Shown here: positions 55,101 through 64,000 of the stretch, one piece after another | Numbering within the stretch: position 1 is the stretch's first letter | Layout of the letters: each line of letters begins with the position of its first letter | Assembly (NCBI GenBank): GCA_050575255.1 | Contig: JBNZDD010013718.1 | Location: 6,565,058-6,629,057, forward strand | Length of the DNA: 64,000 nucleotides | Reading direction: 5' to 3' | From: Harriotta raleighana | Lineage: Eukaryota | Notes under the pieces: generated by a model | The model's database searches: none | What the model saw: only the letters and a program-made list of their open reading frames with translations | Told to the model about the DNA's origin: nothing | Program-made: the position numbers and the translations under genes

Positions 55101-58100
55101 TTCCTTCCCCACCCCTCACCCCAACCCTTCTCACAATATTCACCACATATCCTTTCTGTGGAGAGGAACATTTTTTTTACCTCAAGGGTCATGTCCGAAA
55201 AAACACTCGTTAATGATGTCCAATTTTGCACTGTTCCAGAAAACGTCGATTCGACCAGAAGTAAAGGGATTGTGCGATGCCCGAGACCACATTCAAGTGT
55301 TATTTGAATAAATTCCACATCAACTTTGAAGGTCTCCCCAGTTGTTTCAGACTTTTTATCTGTGTTGACTTCTGTCGCTTCGCAGGCCATATCAACACCC
55401 AGGTACCAGTAATTGCAACTAAGGACGTTCTTTTTTGCCCAGAGGTCCGACATGTCATCTGCTTTTTGCTGCACTTCCACTTCCTTTGATTTGGGAGTCA
55501 CTGCCGCCATGATTGTCATCACGGTATTTAGAATAATTGGAGAAACCTTTTTGAAAATTCCAACACAAAATCTTTAAGGTGGCATAAAGGACGACAATTA
55601 CAAACATGTGTTACAAGTTTGGTTGCTCACAAAAGCTTAACTAAGTTGCAGAACCAAAATTTCTTAAATTAAATTGCAGCACAGCTGACTTATCACCTTC
55701 CCCTCCCCAAAAATGATATTACATTGATAGGTTGCCATAACCTTCAGTATCCACACAATTAAAAGCTGAGGGAAGTTTTAATTTCCATTATTCATTATAT
55801 TTTCGATGCCGCTTCCATAAATCAATGTGTAGTGGCCACAGAAGAAATTCCCATTTTACTTTCTCTTGATCAGCCTATAAATTAAATATCCCTTGAAAGT
55901 ATTCCATGAGCACCATCCAAAACTTGAAGGGAATTGGAAAATAATCCAATCGTCAGGTGAAAATGCTAACATGCCTAAGCTTGACATTAATATTGCACCA
56001 CATTTAAAGCCCTTAAACGGGTTGTTGCCTTGTAACCCCATTCCACATATTATTTACTTGTTTTATGACTAAACATTCTTTATTAAGAAAGAAACCTTAC
56101 CTTCACAATGACTTCCTGTATCTTCAAAACAGTATCTTGCGGTCCTGATAGGGGTTGGTTTGAGTTAAGAAATAAGCTGCAGGGCTGCAACACCTGGAAA
56201 TATAATTTAACACTGATTTAGCACAGAGATGAAGGTCTGTGCTATGTGCAGTGGTTATTTTAAATTGCACTGTGGTAGGTGGGTCACAATACAGTTATAA
56301 AATTAAGATATTGTATATGCTAAACCTACGAAAATTTGATTGTGTACAAGTAGAGAGACATTATAAATTCTAAGAGGTACAGACTTACCGTTGTTATATT
56401 GGTACCAGGCTGCTTGTTAAGGAACGGGCATGCCAGAACCTTTAGATCGCTAACTAAAGCAATAATCGTTTGAGACTCTCTATCACGTATTATTGAGATG
56501 TCACACTGGAAAGAAGCTACTAATGCAGGAGCATCAGCTTTTGATAAATTGGCCACAAATACGACTTCTGGATTCATTATCAGTGCTTTCACGGTAATCT
56601 TTGGTTTTGGAGTATCAATGGCTGGAAAAAAAAATCACAACAAAAATTAATGGGGGAATTTGGGGTAACCAGTGGGAAGGTCAAAGAAGGGGTTCTTGAG
56701 GTCGGACTTGAAGGAGGCCAGGGAGGGGGCGAGGCGGAGCGACTGCGGGATGGAGTTCCAGAGGTTGGGGATAGAGTGGCTGAAGGCTTGCCCTCCAACG
56801 GTGGGGCGGTGTGGTCAGGGGACATGAATAACCCCACAAACTTGTCCTTTTTTTTTTCTTTTTAGTAAAAACTTGTATATTAATTACAAATATTATTGGT
56901 TAGTGAGCAAAAATATCAGAATTTTACATATTATTGTATTTCTTGGTTGGTTAAATTCTTACTTTGTTAGATATAAAATTCAAGTAATATATTTGTATAA
57001 GAATCTTGCTTTTCAAAACATGAGATATTTGTAAAAGTTAATATTCCTTGCAAATAAGGTATCCACGAAAAACAGTGTCCTGAATATTTTGGTGATTATT
57101 GATTTCTCTTTCAATATTCATTTGTAGTAACATTTGGACAATCTGTCTGTGTGCATGTCTGAGCGTGTTACTATCCTATGAACTCCCTTCAAAGTTATAT
57201 ACTGAAGGCTTGTTTCAAAGTTAATTTCCTCTAAAATTGCACAAATGAAAAACTGCTCAGCTGTGAGGGAAGTAGATACTTAATTCAGGTTAAGGCATCT
57301 TCTGAAACACGATGAAAACGATAATAAAATATTTTTGTAACAAGAAAATCATACAAACCAGTGTCCTGGGGGGCCTTTCCAGTTTGTTTCAGAAGTAACT
57401 GGGCAGATTTGTCAGCCGGCAGAGCAGAGCTCTCTGGGATGGCTTTGATGAAAAAATCTGCAACTGCAAGCAGGAACTCCACACTCGCACATACATACAG
57501 ATGGTCAAGTACGGTCGTGAGCCACATCTCATCTGAGCTCTGCCTGTAATGGAGCTCAATCATGTCATTTTCTTGCTTTCCTTGTTTCTTCTCAATCATT
57601 CTAATGGGAAGTGGAGAATAACATTTGTATTATCTGTAAATTTGCTAAATTGTGGGTTAAGGAAAAAAAATCACAATTTGGGCAATTGTTTCCGACCATT
57701 CACAATAATCCTTGACTAATAATATTCCTTGCTTTTTTGATATAGCACTTTTCACATCTTCTAGATATCTCAAAGCACTTCACAGAAAATCCTGTAAAAT
57801 GAACTGTCTATTTTTGGGGGAAACGCAGCCAATCGTTCACAGCAGTGTCCCACAAATAGTCGTGGATTGAAATGGCCAATTTTATTATTGTATTTTTGTT
57901 GGAGGAATTATTATTAGGCATGTGGAGTAAGGAAATTTGCCCAAGGTATTATGCTAACCTGACTGGATTTGAACACAGGTCTCATACTTATAAGGCGAGT
58001 GCTCTAACCACTGAGCTACAGGACTCCACAATGGCTACAATTTAACAGTTATTGTTCCAGTTGGTTGAATTCATTCAGGATAACATTTTGAGGAGGCAGA

Positions 58101-61100
58101 AATGAAACTAAGCAAAGGATTATTAGATTGTTATATTGTGATGAGCAGACAATCAGCGAATTTTTAAATAATACATGAAGACTATTTGATTCTGACCTCG
58201 AGGTAACTTTTTCAATCCCCTCTCTTAGGTCATCAAGTGTGCATGTGGTGAGTTTTGTTTCAACTTCGAGTGACCCATCTGTGAACATCTTCCCTGAAGC
58301 TGTAATGAGATGCAGGCTGAATTCCCCTAGGCGCAAACTGTCAACTCGCTGCAGGAGCTCAGCGGGCTACAACATGAAAAATGAAGATATTATAAAATCA
58401 TCTGCCATGATATTTCAAACATTATTCTCAATAAAAACATCAAACACCAAAATATACTTGTTTTTCTCTTAAACTTGACTGTTGAAAGCGACTCAGTCAA
58501 AAGGCGGTGTTTTAGTAGCTAAAGTTGGTATTCTGTGTGAAATACAGCATTATGGACATCCAGATACACAAACGACAGCTCCACAATCAGGCAATGGACC
58601 ACAGATTTATCGCACAAATAAGGTGACCAAAGAACACCTTAGCCTCTGGAGGAATGTTATACGTTGTAGTTTTATACTGAAACAGTATGCAAATGACAGA
58701 TCATTTTCACCTTTCCTTTTCAACAGCAGCACAAAATGACCCAAAGTCATAATGCACAGGAAATAGCATGAACAAATCCATTGAAAGAGATTTCCACCCC
58801 CCCGAGCCATTTAATGGGGAGTTTCACCACTCACTGACTGTGAAGCAGGCACCATGCTGCCAAACAGAATGCTGGAATCGTTCCACCATTGCCTGGTGTT
58901 GAAGGATCATGATGTACAGAATCTACATTCTCTTGAGTCTCATTCTCTATGATTTTCAAATAATTGCAAGTCTGAGCATATAATAAAACAAAAATACTGA
59001 CAGGACATTTGGGCCTGGAAGGTAAAATATTGTTCTTTCAGTTGCAAAGTAGTATAGCATTGGAAGCAATAGTCTCAAGCATTATAACAAATGCGCAGTC
59101 ACTACTGTCATTTTCAGGTCAACAGGTTGCTGTAATATTGCTCAAATTAATCGGTAATGGGACTGATTTATGACTGATACAAATAGAAGTTTGTTCACAA
59201 GTTTGAAAGTCATGTATGTACAGTAACCACCATTTTTTATTCGCTTATCTTTCTAGTGCTGGCAGTTAGGAGATGCTAGCAGGTCCTGAAGAAACAAATG
59301 AGTGAATTGAATTACAAATCTTTCATTGACACTTTTGTTTTTAAATCTAGAGAGGTTTCTCATTTATCCAGAACTACATTTTAAACAAACAGAAGAGGGC
59401 CACAAATTCATTTGCACTTCACCTTATAAGAAAGTTTAGCACATACCTGATTAAGATCTTTCGTGTAGAGGATTAGTGACAGTGATTCAAACTTAAAGTC
59501 AAAGTTCAGTGTCTCAACCAGCTCTGTTTCACTAGATTCCAGAAAGGGTGCACGTTCTACTTTTGGACAGACTGTAAAAAGAAAATGCAATCATTTCACT
59601 CTAATAACTGGGCCAGGAAAATATGCTATTTCAAATAAAAACCTTCGAATAATATCTCAAACAGCTGACAAATAATTTTCAGCAGGTTAGGCACCATCCA
59701 GTTCCTGTAGCTCAGTAGTTAGAGCACTCGCCTTACAAGCATGAGGCCTGTGTTTGAATCCAGGCAGGGCAAAACCTTGGGCAAGTTTCCGTACTCCACA
59801 CGCCTAATGATAATCCATAAAAAAAGTACAATAATAAAAATTGGTCATTTCAATCCACGACTGTTTGTGGGACACTGCTGTGTGCAATTGGCTGCCACAT
59901 TTCGCCCAGAATTATACAGTAAATTCATTTTACAGTATACAGTAAAACCTCTTTTAACCATGACTCGAATAATTGGAAAACCCATTCAACCGCCATCTCA
60001 AAAAAAAGTCCCAATTCGATGAACCGGAAGTTATCCGGCGACACATTTAATGTCTGGGTCTAAACTCGTTCCTGCTTTTAAAAGTCACTTTTTTTATATC
60101 TCATTCTGATGAGTGACTGCCATTGGGAAGTTAAGTTTACAGTACATAATAAATACTGCTGCAGGTCATGGCCAGAGAGAGAGAGGGGGAGAGAAGTAGC
60201 AGGGGGGAATGGAGGAAACAACAAGATTGCATTTATAGAGCGCATTTCACGTCTGGAGGACGTCCCAAGGCGCTGGACAGTTGGTTTAGACCCGAGCAGC
60301 GGGCAATGATCAGGGCGAGGGGAGGGGAGGGAGGGAGCGAGGAGGGGGAGAGAGTTGAGATGGGAGGTGAAGGCACGGTCGAAGAGAAAGGTCTTGAGAC
60401 CAGCCTTGAAGGAGGACAGGGAAGAAGTGAGACGAAGGCACTGGAGGATGGAGTTCCAGAGCCTGGGGGCTGAGCGGCTGAAAGCCTGGCCACCGATGGT
60501 AGGGCTGTTAGGGCAGGGGATGTGGAGCAGACCAGAGCCAGAGGAATGGAGGGTATGGGTAGGTAGATAGGGGGATAGTAGGTCGGAGAGGTAGGAGGGA
60601 GCAAGGCCATAAATAGCCTTGTAGGTAAGGACGAGGATCTTGAATTCGATCCTCTGGGGGATGGGGAGCCAGTGGAGACGGGCGAGGGTGGGAGTGATGT
60701 GGTCACGAAGCCTGGTGCGGGAGAGTACATGAGCTGCAGAGTTCTGGATGACCTGCAGCTTGTGGATGAAGGAGCCGGGAAGGCCGATGAGGAGAGAGTT
60801 CCCATAGTTCAGCCTTGAGGTGATGAAGGTGTGGACTAGTGTTTCAGCAGTGTGAGGGGTGAGGTAGTGTCGTAGTATGGCGATGTTCCGCAGGTGGTGG
60901 AAGGCAGTGCCAGTTGTGGCGCGGATGTGGGAGAGAAAGGACAGCTCAGGGTCAAATAGAACACCGAGGTTCCTGACTGGCTTTGCGAGGTGGAGAGTGC
61001 AGCCTTGGATGCTGATGCTGTCAGCACCCGAGTTGCGGAGGCGCTGACGTGAGCCAATCAGGAGGGCCTCGGTTTTCCGGACATTGAGCTGAAGAAAGTT

Positions 61101-63693
61101 GTCTCTCGTCCAGGACTCAATGTCAGACAGGCAGGCTGTCAGGACATCGGTAGTCATGGAGTTGAGGGTAGAGGAGGAAAGGTAGAGTTGGGTGTCATCC
61201 GCACACATGTGGAAGTTAACCCCATGTCTGCGGATGTCACCAAGGGGGAGCATATAGAGGGTGAAGAGGAGAGGACCGAGGACAGAGCCCTGAGGGACGC
61301 CGCACGAGACAGTGCGGGGGCTGGAGGAAAAGCCATTTGACCCACTTTGACCTTTTTCCATAGATGCTGCCTGAGCTGCTATTTTTGTTTCAGATTTCTG
61401 GCATCTGCAGTATTTTGTGCTTTAGACAAATAATTTTGTTTAACTTATTACATAGAATGTGCAGCTAATGCAAGAGAAATGAGCAACTAAGAAATGACTT
61501 TCATGTAAAGAGTCACCTGCAGAAAGCGTGGTTTCATGGGCAGCACAATTATCTGTTGCTCTATGCAGTTCTTCTCTTGGCTGAAGTGTACTGTTCTGTT
61601 CCTTTGTCACCTCGCCAAGGTTTTCCATCAGGATTTTCATAAGAACAGTCAAATCCTCCTGACTAACAGTAACCTACAATCAACGAGAGGCAAAAATCTA
61701 GCACCGTTACTTTGTTTGTTTGCTGCAGCTTACTACCACCGTGCAATTTCCTCCAAACAGGATGGAAGAAGCCAAGAAGAGTCTTAGAACATCAGTAGCA
61801 TGTAGCGTTTGCTACCCGCAGCACTCACTCACTGAAAAAACCCAAGTGTGAACATCTGGAACAATTTTAAGTTCATTCAAGAGGCATTTGGGGAACTAGT
61901 GACATTCAGACTGAAATGACAAGAGTGCACAATATAGAGTGCAACTATTTAGCTCTTATACTACGAGCACGTGTATATCTTCAGTAATTTACCGGTTGTA
62001 AATTACTGAAGATAATCCTCAAAAATCTTTTAGTTCAAAACACCTCGACTACAATGACTCACAAACTGTAAATTACATAATAACAAATTCTAACCAGGAT
62101 TTTAATTAAATAATTAGGCTTTCTGTATTATTATCTATCAAATATGTAGGTACAGATCATACGTGTGCACTTTATAGATGGCAGAACTAATTACTTTTCA
62201 AGTCAGGGGAACATTTGGGATTCACTGTGTTCACTGTCTTAAGCAGGAACAAAAAGGTAACAAGGAAGGATTGATTTGCATACATTAGCTCAGGCTATGT
62301 GTCATCATCTGTTCATATATAAACAAATACAGCATTATTTGTCAAGGATGTTTGACTAATGAGAAGGGATATCAAACCTCTGAATAGAGCAGATTGCTGT
62401 TGCCCAAGTCTGGGCTATGTTGACACTCGTCAATATGAATTTGTGATAAGCTGCATTTTTGAGCAGCTATGTTGGAGATTGCTCGTTTGAAGTCTATGAG
62501 CTTAGTGCTGCTCTTCGTCTCTCCTGGCATAGTGTTCACTGTTTAATGGAGACTGAAGAAGGCTATGAACTAGCGATAGTGATAGAGGAGCTGTAGATTT
62601 TATTTCTTGGTCTACTGGGCATCAGAAAAAAAAATAGTCCGTCCCCTGAAGCAACCTTCAGTTCTTCTGGCTAATTTATGGCAAAACACATGCAACAATA
62701 TCAGAGTGCAGGTGGTTAATTGACATCATCTGCCCACAAATGATCTAAGCAATATTTTACCACTATAAACTTATTGATGGAGTGACATGACGTCAGTGCA
62801 GTTAGTATTGAAAAGAACAGTATCTCCACTACTCTCCATATAAAATTTGTTTGCATTGAAATACCCATCTCCCCTCTCATTTCCAAGAATCAGCATTAAT
62901 AATAAAAATAATCCTTGTATTTGATCCAGCAGCCTACCATGTTGTTTAGGCGTCTTAAAGTGCCATCATAGGATATATTAAAAAGTGGATCAACTGTGTA
63001 ATTTGTGAGCAAAATAGAATTTACAAGTTGCATTTTGTCTAGATCACCTCAAGAATTATGAAGTATGTTCTGATTATAATTTAATCACAATTAGAATTTA
63101 AAATCAATTCACTTTACAGTATATTCTGTGTAGTGCTTTGAGACATCTAGAAGAAGTGATACTGTGCTATATCAAATGAAAGGATTATTATTATTAATCC
63201 ATCAATTCAGATACATTGTACAACTTCCATTTCCAATTCAGTATACCATACACATTAACTGCTTTTTTTTCATTAAACAATATTATTATTTTGACCAGCC
63301 AATCAGCCAGCACTTTTTCCAAAGTAAGAATTTGTAATAAAAAAGAATTTCTGTACTGTTTCACCTGAGAGCTATTGCAAAGCAAAGCATGATCAACAGT
63401 CAATGTCCTCAATTTGTAAAAAGTGACCCACAACTAAAAATGGAGGTAAAACTGATCTTTCAAATCAATCAAAACATCTTTTAATCTGCATGCAGTTGAA
63501 AGCCACCTTGCATCTGTAAAACAGCTCTTCAAATAATATACTTACCTTCATTGCCTTCAGATTGCCATTTATTTCCAAGCCAGATATTTTGTGGTACCAA
63601 GCTGCAGCTAAATTTCGCTTTACTTTCAACAGCAAGTTCACAGGCTGCAAAATTTGAATGTCAGGGTGTACCAGGTCATTGTTTAGAATGGTT
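28065..63693 (-). CDS. VPS13C: VPS13C (bridge-like lipid transfer protein), 3' half of gene: 39 coding exons, about 1937 aa, 5' part lies outside the window
   Basis: All 39 exons have GT-AG boundaries and join with consistent phases. The peptides match VPS13 family hallmarks ([53 protein letters not shown]). [19 protein letters not shown] and the C-terminus [20 protein letters not shown] fit VPS13C better than VPS13A, by recalled comparison with the human proteins. Confidence 0.95.
28777..28866 (-). CDS. VPS13C: VPS13C penultimate exon
   Basis: ttacag|GAT...AAG|gtaag; [30 protein letters not shown]. Confidence 0.85.
30502..30622 (-). CDS. VPS13C: VPS13C exon (PH-like C-terminal region)
   Basis: ttgcag|G...AAG|gtatg; [40 protein letters not shown]. 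Confidence 0.9.
31084..31175 (-). CDS. VPS13C: VPS13C exon (PH-like C-terminal region)
   Basis: ttgcag|AAA...AG|gtaag; [31 protein letters not shown]. Confidence 0.9.
32020..32130 (+). mobile_element. Chimaera-type SINE 3' fragment
   Basis: gcccacaaaa...gtcaattcacttt...tatatcaaatgcaaggattattatta. Confidence 0.8.
33431..33445 (-). CDS. VPS13C: VPS13C alternative terminal exon, coding part (QEME*), short isoform
   Basis: CTAAC branch point, long pyrimidine tract and CAG, followed by CAA GAA ATG GAA TGA in phase 0 after ...CELLE. Resembles the recalled C-terminus of the human short isoform (QELEIQE). Confidence 0.65.
   Translation of the reverse strand, partial: QEME
34285..34600 (-). mobile_element. 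Chimaera-type tRNA-derived SINE, full length
   Basis: Head AGTCCTGTAGCTCAGTGGTTAGAGCAC, body and tail. Confidence 0.88.
34703..34817 (-). CDS. VPS13C: VPS13C exon
   Basis: acttag|G...GAG|gtaaa; [38 protein letters not shown]. Confidence 0.93.
35544..35667 (-). CDS. VPS13C: VPS13C exon (ATG2_C-like region)
   Basis: caacag|GT...AA|gtaag; [41 protein letters not shown]. Confidence 0.95.
36436..36481 (-). CDS. VPS13C: VPS13C exon (ATG2_C-like region)
   Basis: tttcag|GGT...G|gtatg; [15 protein letters not shown]. Confidence 0.93.
37600..38600 (+). mobile_element. Highly decayed CR1 LINE relic
   Basis: Remnants of CR1 RT (ccgctgctgttcacattgttcatgagtgac, W...W....N..K.KVMHIG) and 3' end ttcactta..gtgg...tggaacagact. 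Confidence 0.65.
38748..38911 (-). CDS. VPS13C: VPS13C exon
   Basis: acacag|GT...CGG|gtaag; [33 protein letters not shown]... Confidence 0.95.
39138..39213 (-). CDS. VPS13C: VPS13C exon
   Basis: tcttag|GGA...G|gtaag; [25 protein letters not shown]. Confidence 0.95.
39311..39424 (-). CDS. VPS13C: VPS13C exon
   Basis: tcccag|TTT...CAG|gtaag; [38 protein letters not shown]. Confidence 0.95.
39512..39593 (-). CDS. VPS13C: VPS13C exon
   Basis: tttcag|A...CAA|gtgag; [27 protein letters not shown]. Confidence 0.93.
40358..40497 (-). CDS. VPS13C: VPS13C exon
   Basis: ttaaaag|CTA...AA|gtaag; LHLSMSL...[20 protein letters not shown]. Confidence 0.93.
41105..41218 (-). CDS. VPS13C: VPS13C exon
   Basis: ttccag|ACA...AAG|gtaaa; [11 protein letters not shown]...[12 protein letters not shown]. 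Confidence 0.93.
41502..41613 (-). CDS. VPS13C: VPS13C exon
   Basis: ttctag|A...AAG|gtatc; [25 protein letters not shown]... Confidence 0.93.
42079..42148 (-). CDS. VPS13C: VPS13C exon
   Basis: ttgcag|AA...AA|gtgag; [24 protein letters not shown]. Confidence 0.93.
42284..42365 (-). CDS. VPS13C: VPS13C exon
   Basis: ttacag|GTT...G|gtaca; [27 protein letters not shown]. Confidence 0.93.
42529..42663 (-). CDS. VPS13C: VPS13C exon
   Basis: ttctag|GTT...CAG|gtaat; [11 protein letters not shown]...[17 protein letters not shown]. Confidence 0.92.
42877..43021 (-). CDS. VPS13C: VPS13C exon
   Basis: ctctag|T...GAG|gtatt; [19 protein letters not shown]... Confidence 0.92.
45146..45381 (-). CDS. VPS13C: VPS13C exon
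   Basis: ttttgcag|GAT...AG|gtact; [20 protein letters not shown]...[19 protein letters not shown]. Confidence 0.93.
45393..45708 (-). mobile_element. Chimaera-type tRNA-derived SINE, full length, abutting an exon acceptor
   Basis: A box TAGCTCAGTGG, B box GTTCAAATCC, Deu-like body, tail GCAAGGATTATTATTATT. Confidence 0.9.
46145..46271 (-). CDS. VPS13C: VPS13C exon
   Basis: ctgcag|T...AAG|gtgag; [29 protein letters not shown]...DLLK. Confidence 0.92.
46658..46791 (-). CDS. VPS13C: VPS13C exon
   Basis: tttcag|TGT...AG|gtatc; [35 protein letters not shown]... Confidence 0.92.
47020..47232 (-). mobile_element. Chimaera-type SINE, 5'-truncated
   Basis: (TTA)n tail and body matching the other copies. 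Confidence 0.85.
47383..47511 (-). CDS. VPS13C: VPS13C exon
   Basis: ctcag|TGT...TTG|gtaag; [19 protein letters not shown]...[11 protein letters not shown]. Confidence 0.92.
48065..48229 (-). CDS. VPS13C: VPS13C exon
   Basis: tcacag|ATT...GAG|gtaca; [28 protein letters not shown]... Confidence 0.92.
48912..49016 (-). CDS. VPS13C: VPS13C exon
   Basis: ttccag|ATC...TTG|gtgag; [35 protein letters not shown]. Confidence 0.92.
49331..49635 (-). mobile_element. Chimaera-type tRNA-derived SINE, full length
   Basis: Head, body and tail match the 45393-45708 copy. Confidence 0.88.
50046..50435 (-). CDS. VPS13C: VPS13C exon
   Basis: ttcag|GGA...AAG|gtatg; [11 protein letters not shown]...[15 protein letters not shown]...NIFRKNK. 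Confidence 0.92.
50884..51181 (-). CDS. VPS13C: VPS13C exon
   Basis: aaaaag|A...GAG|gtaag; GQLFLKPAG...[23 protein letters not shown]. Confidence 0.9.
51725..51843 (-). CDS. VPS13C: VPS13C exon
   Basis: ccacag|ATC...CG|gtcag; [13 protein letters not shown]...[10 protein letters not shown]. Confidence 0.92.
52094..52254 (-). CDS. VPS13C: VPS13C exon (VAB/SHR-BD region)
   Basis: catcag|TG...CAG|gtaat; [23 protein letters not shown]...IIIRSPLQ. Confidence 0.92.
52912..53167 (-). CDS. VPS13C: VPS13C exon
   Basis: ctgcag|GCA...ATAG|gtacg; [29 protein letters not shown]... Confidence 0.92.
53652..54072 (-). mobile_element. SINE fragment interrupted by an L2 3' fragment (L2 about 53739-54015)
   Basis: SINE ...gaatataatgtaa | acaacaac...L2... 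| agtgaatcgactatat... where the SINE resumes in register. Confidence 0.75.
54133..54186. repeat. (CA)n/(CATA)n microsatellite
   Basis: Directly visible in the sequence. Confidence 0.9.
54220..54375 (-). CDS. VPS13C: VPS13C exon
   Basis: tttag|ATG...AAG|gtaac; MKNNVVQ...[23 protein letters not shown]. Confidence 0.92.
54845..54934 (-). CDS. VPS13C: VPS13C exon
   Basis: ttttag|GTG...AAG|gtaac; [30 protein letters not shown], containing the conserved WEPLLE motif. Confidence 0.92.
55181..55546 (-). CDS. VPS13C: VPS13C exon
   Basis: aaaaag|GTT...GAG|gtaaa; [15 protein letters not shown]...[17 protein letters not shown]... Confidence 0.92.
56101..56193 (-). CDS. VPS13C: VPS13C exon
   Basis: ttccag|GTG...AAG|gtaag; [31 protein letters not shown]. 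Confidence 0.9.
56389..56621 (-). CDS. VPS13C: VPS13C exon
   Basis: ttccag|CC...ACG|gtaag; [24 protein letters not shown]...LKVLACPF. Confidence 0.92.
56665..56828 (-). mobile_element. L2 LINE 3' fragment
   Basis: GC-rich segment matching about 60370-60520 (ttgaaggaggccagggag...gagttccagaggttgggg). Confidence 0.8.
57359..57600 (-). CDS. VPS13C: VPS13C exon
   Basis: cattag|A ATG...ACTG|gtttg; MIEKK...[17 protein letters not shown]... Confidence 0.88.
57717..58027 (-). mobile_element. Chimaera-type tRNA-derived SINE, full length
   Basis: GGAGTCCTGTAGCTCAGTGGTTAGAGCACTCG head, body and tail. Confidence 0.9.
58197..58366 (-). CDS. VPS13C: VPS13C exon
   Basis: gttgtag|CCC...AG|gtcag; [20 protein letters not shown]...[15 protein letters not shown]. 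Confidence 0.9.
59447..59571 (-). CDS. VPS13C: VPS13C exon
   Basis: tttacag|TC...CAG|gtatg; [41 protein letters not shown]. Confidence 0.88.
59701..59939 (+). mobile_element. Chimaera-type tRNA-derived SINE, 3' part cut off
   Basis: Head and body end at cagtaTA. Confidence 0.88.
59940..60170 (+). mobile_element. pogo/Tigger-like DNA transposon end
   Basis: TA|CAGTAAAACCTC...TTAACC terminal motif; no matching right TIR found. Confidence 0.45.
60215..61340 (-). mobile_element. Young 5'-truncated L2 LINE (ORF2 RT C-terminal half plus 3' tail)
   Basis: Open frame [13 protein letters not shown]...CADDTQLY...LQLN..KTE...IQNSAA..L...HITP.L..LHWLP; (TTG)n-type tail. Confidence 0.93.
61352..61420 (+). 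mobile_element. V-SINE-like fragment
   Basis: tccatagatgctgcctgagctgct...tttcagatttctggcatctgcagtattttg, typical of the V-domain. Confidence 0.6.
61517..61673 (-). CDS. VPS13C: VPS13C exon
   Basis: ttgtag|GTT...GCAG|gtgac; [21 protein letters not shown]... Confidence 0.9.
62898..63196. mobile_element. Two oppositely oriented SINE 3' fragments (62898-63015 minus; 63100-63196 plus)
   Basis: Tails point outward on both sides and the bodies match the other copies. Confidence 0.75.
63546..63693 (-). CDS. VPS13C: VPS13C exon (1st in window)
   Basis: ttttcag|A...ATGAAG|gtaag; [49 protein letters not shown]. Confidence 0.92.
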
Positions 63694-64000
63694 CTGAAAA
63701 GGAATTTTTAATTTTCTTTTGAATATAAATATATAAATGAGGCATTAAAATTTTCTAAAGAACAATAAAAGAGATGAAAATATGAAGTAAGCATAAACAG
63801 CTTGCATTTATATAGGGCCCTTCACGAGGAGTAGCAACAAGATAGGAAGTAATCAGAAGCACATCAATATAATTTTGAAATAAAAAGGGTTGAAATTTGA
63901 AAAACACAAAATATGTTAGTTTGTGCAGCAGTAAAACACATTGCGGCTTGTTGTAATTCTTTCATACCACCTCATTCACAGAAAACAAAACTGAAATATA

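Noticed and set aside
35399-59000. Plus-strand ORFs overlapping VPS13C exons
   Set aside because: These are antisense shadows of real coding exons or of repeats
59701-59772. tRNA-Val(TAC)-like sequence (also at about 45640-45708, 49565-49635 and 57955-58027)
   Set aside because: These are SINE heads that continue into SINE body sequence; the acceptor stems and boxes are degenerate, so they are not tRNA genes
60078-61361. 427-aa ORF as a host gene
   Set aside because: It is a 5'-truncated L2 ORF2 fragment with a fortuitous ATG, reading through into the tail and flank

Overview
Vertebrate nuclear DNA, AT-rich and dense in SINE/LINE repeats. The dominant tRNA-derived SINE resembles, from memory, the chimaera (holocephalan) SINE2-1_CM family, so the source is probably a cartilaginous fish; the species cannot be determined from the sequence. 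About 27.7-63.7 kb holds the 3' half of VPS13C on the minus strand. I traced 39 phase-consistent GT-AG coding exons (about 1937 aa) to the stop at 28065, with a poly(A) signal near 27750. A separate mini terminal exon at 33431-33445 (QEME*) looks like the counterpart of the short human VPS13C B isoform that lacks the C-terminal PH-like domain. Positions 1-27.7 kb are gene-free and contain old SINE, LINE and DNA-transposon relics plus several enhancer-like segments; in human, the region downstream of VPS13C is the gene desert toward RORA. I found no prokaryote-type novel system. The most interesting observations concern isoforms and splicing: the alternative terminal exon, a SINE tail forming a 3' splice site, and an inverted SINE pair around two exons. 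Single-N junction duplications are probably assembly artefacts.
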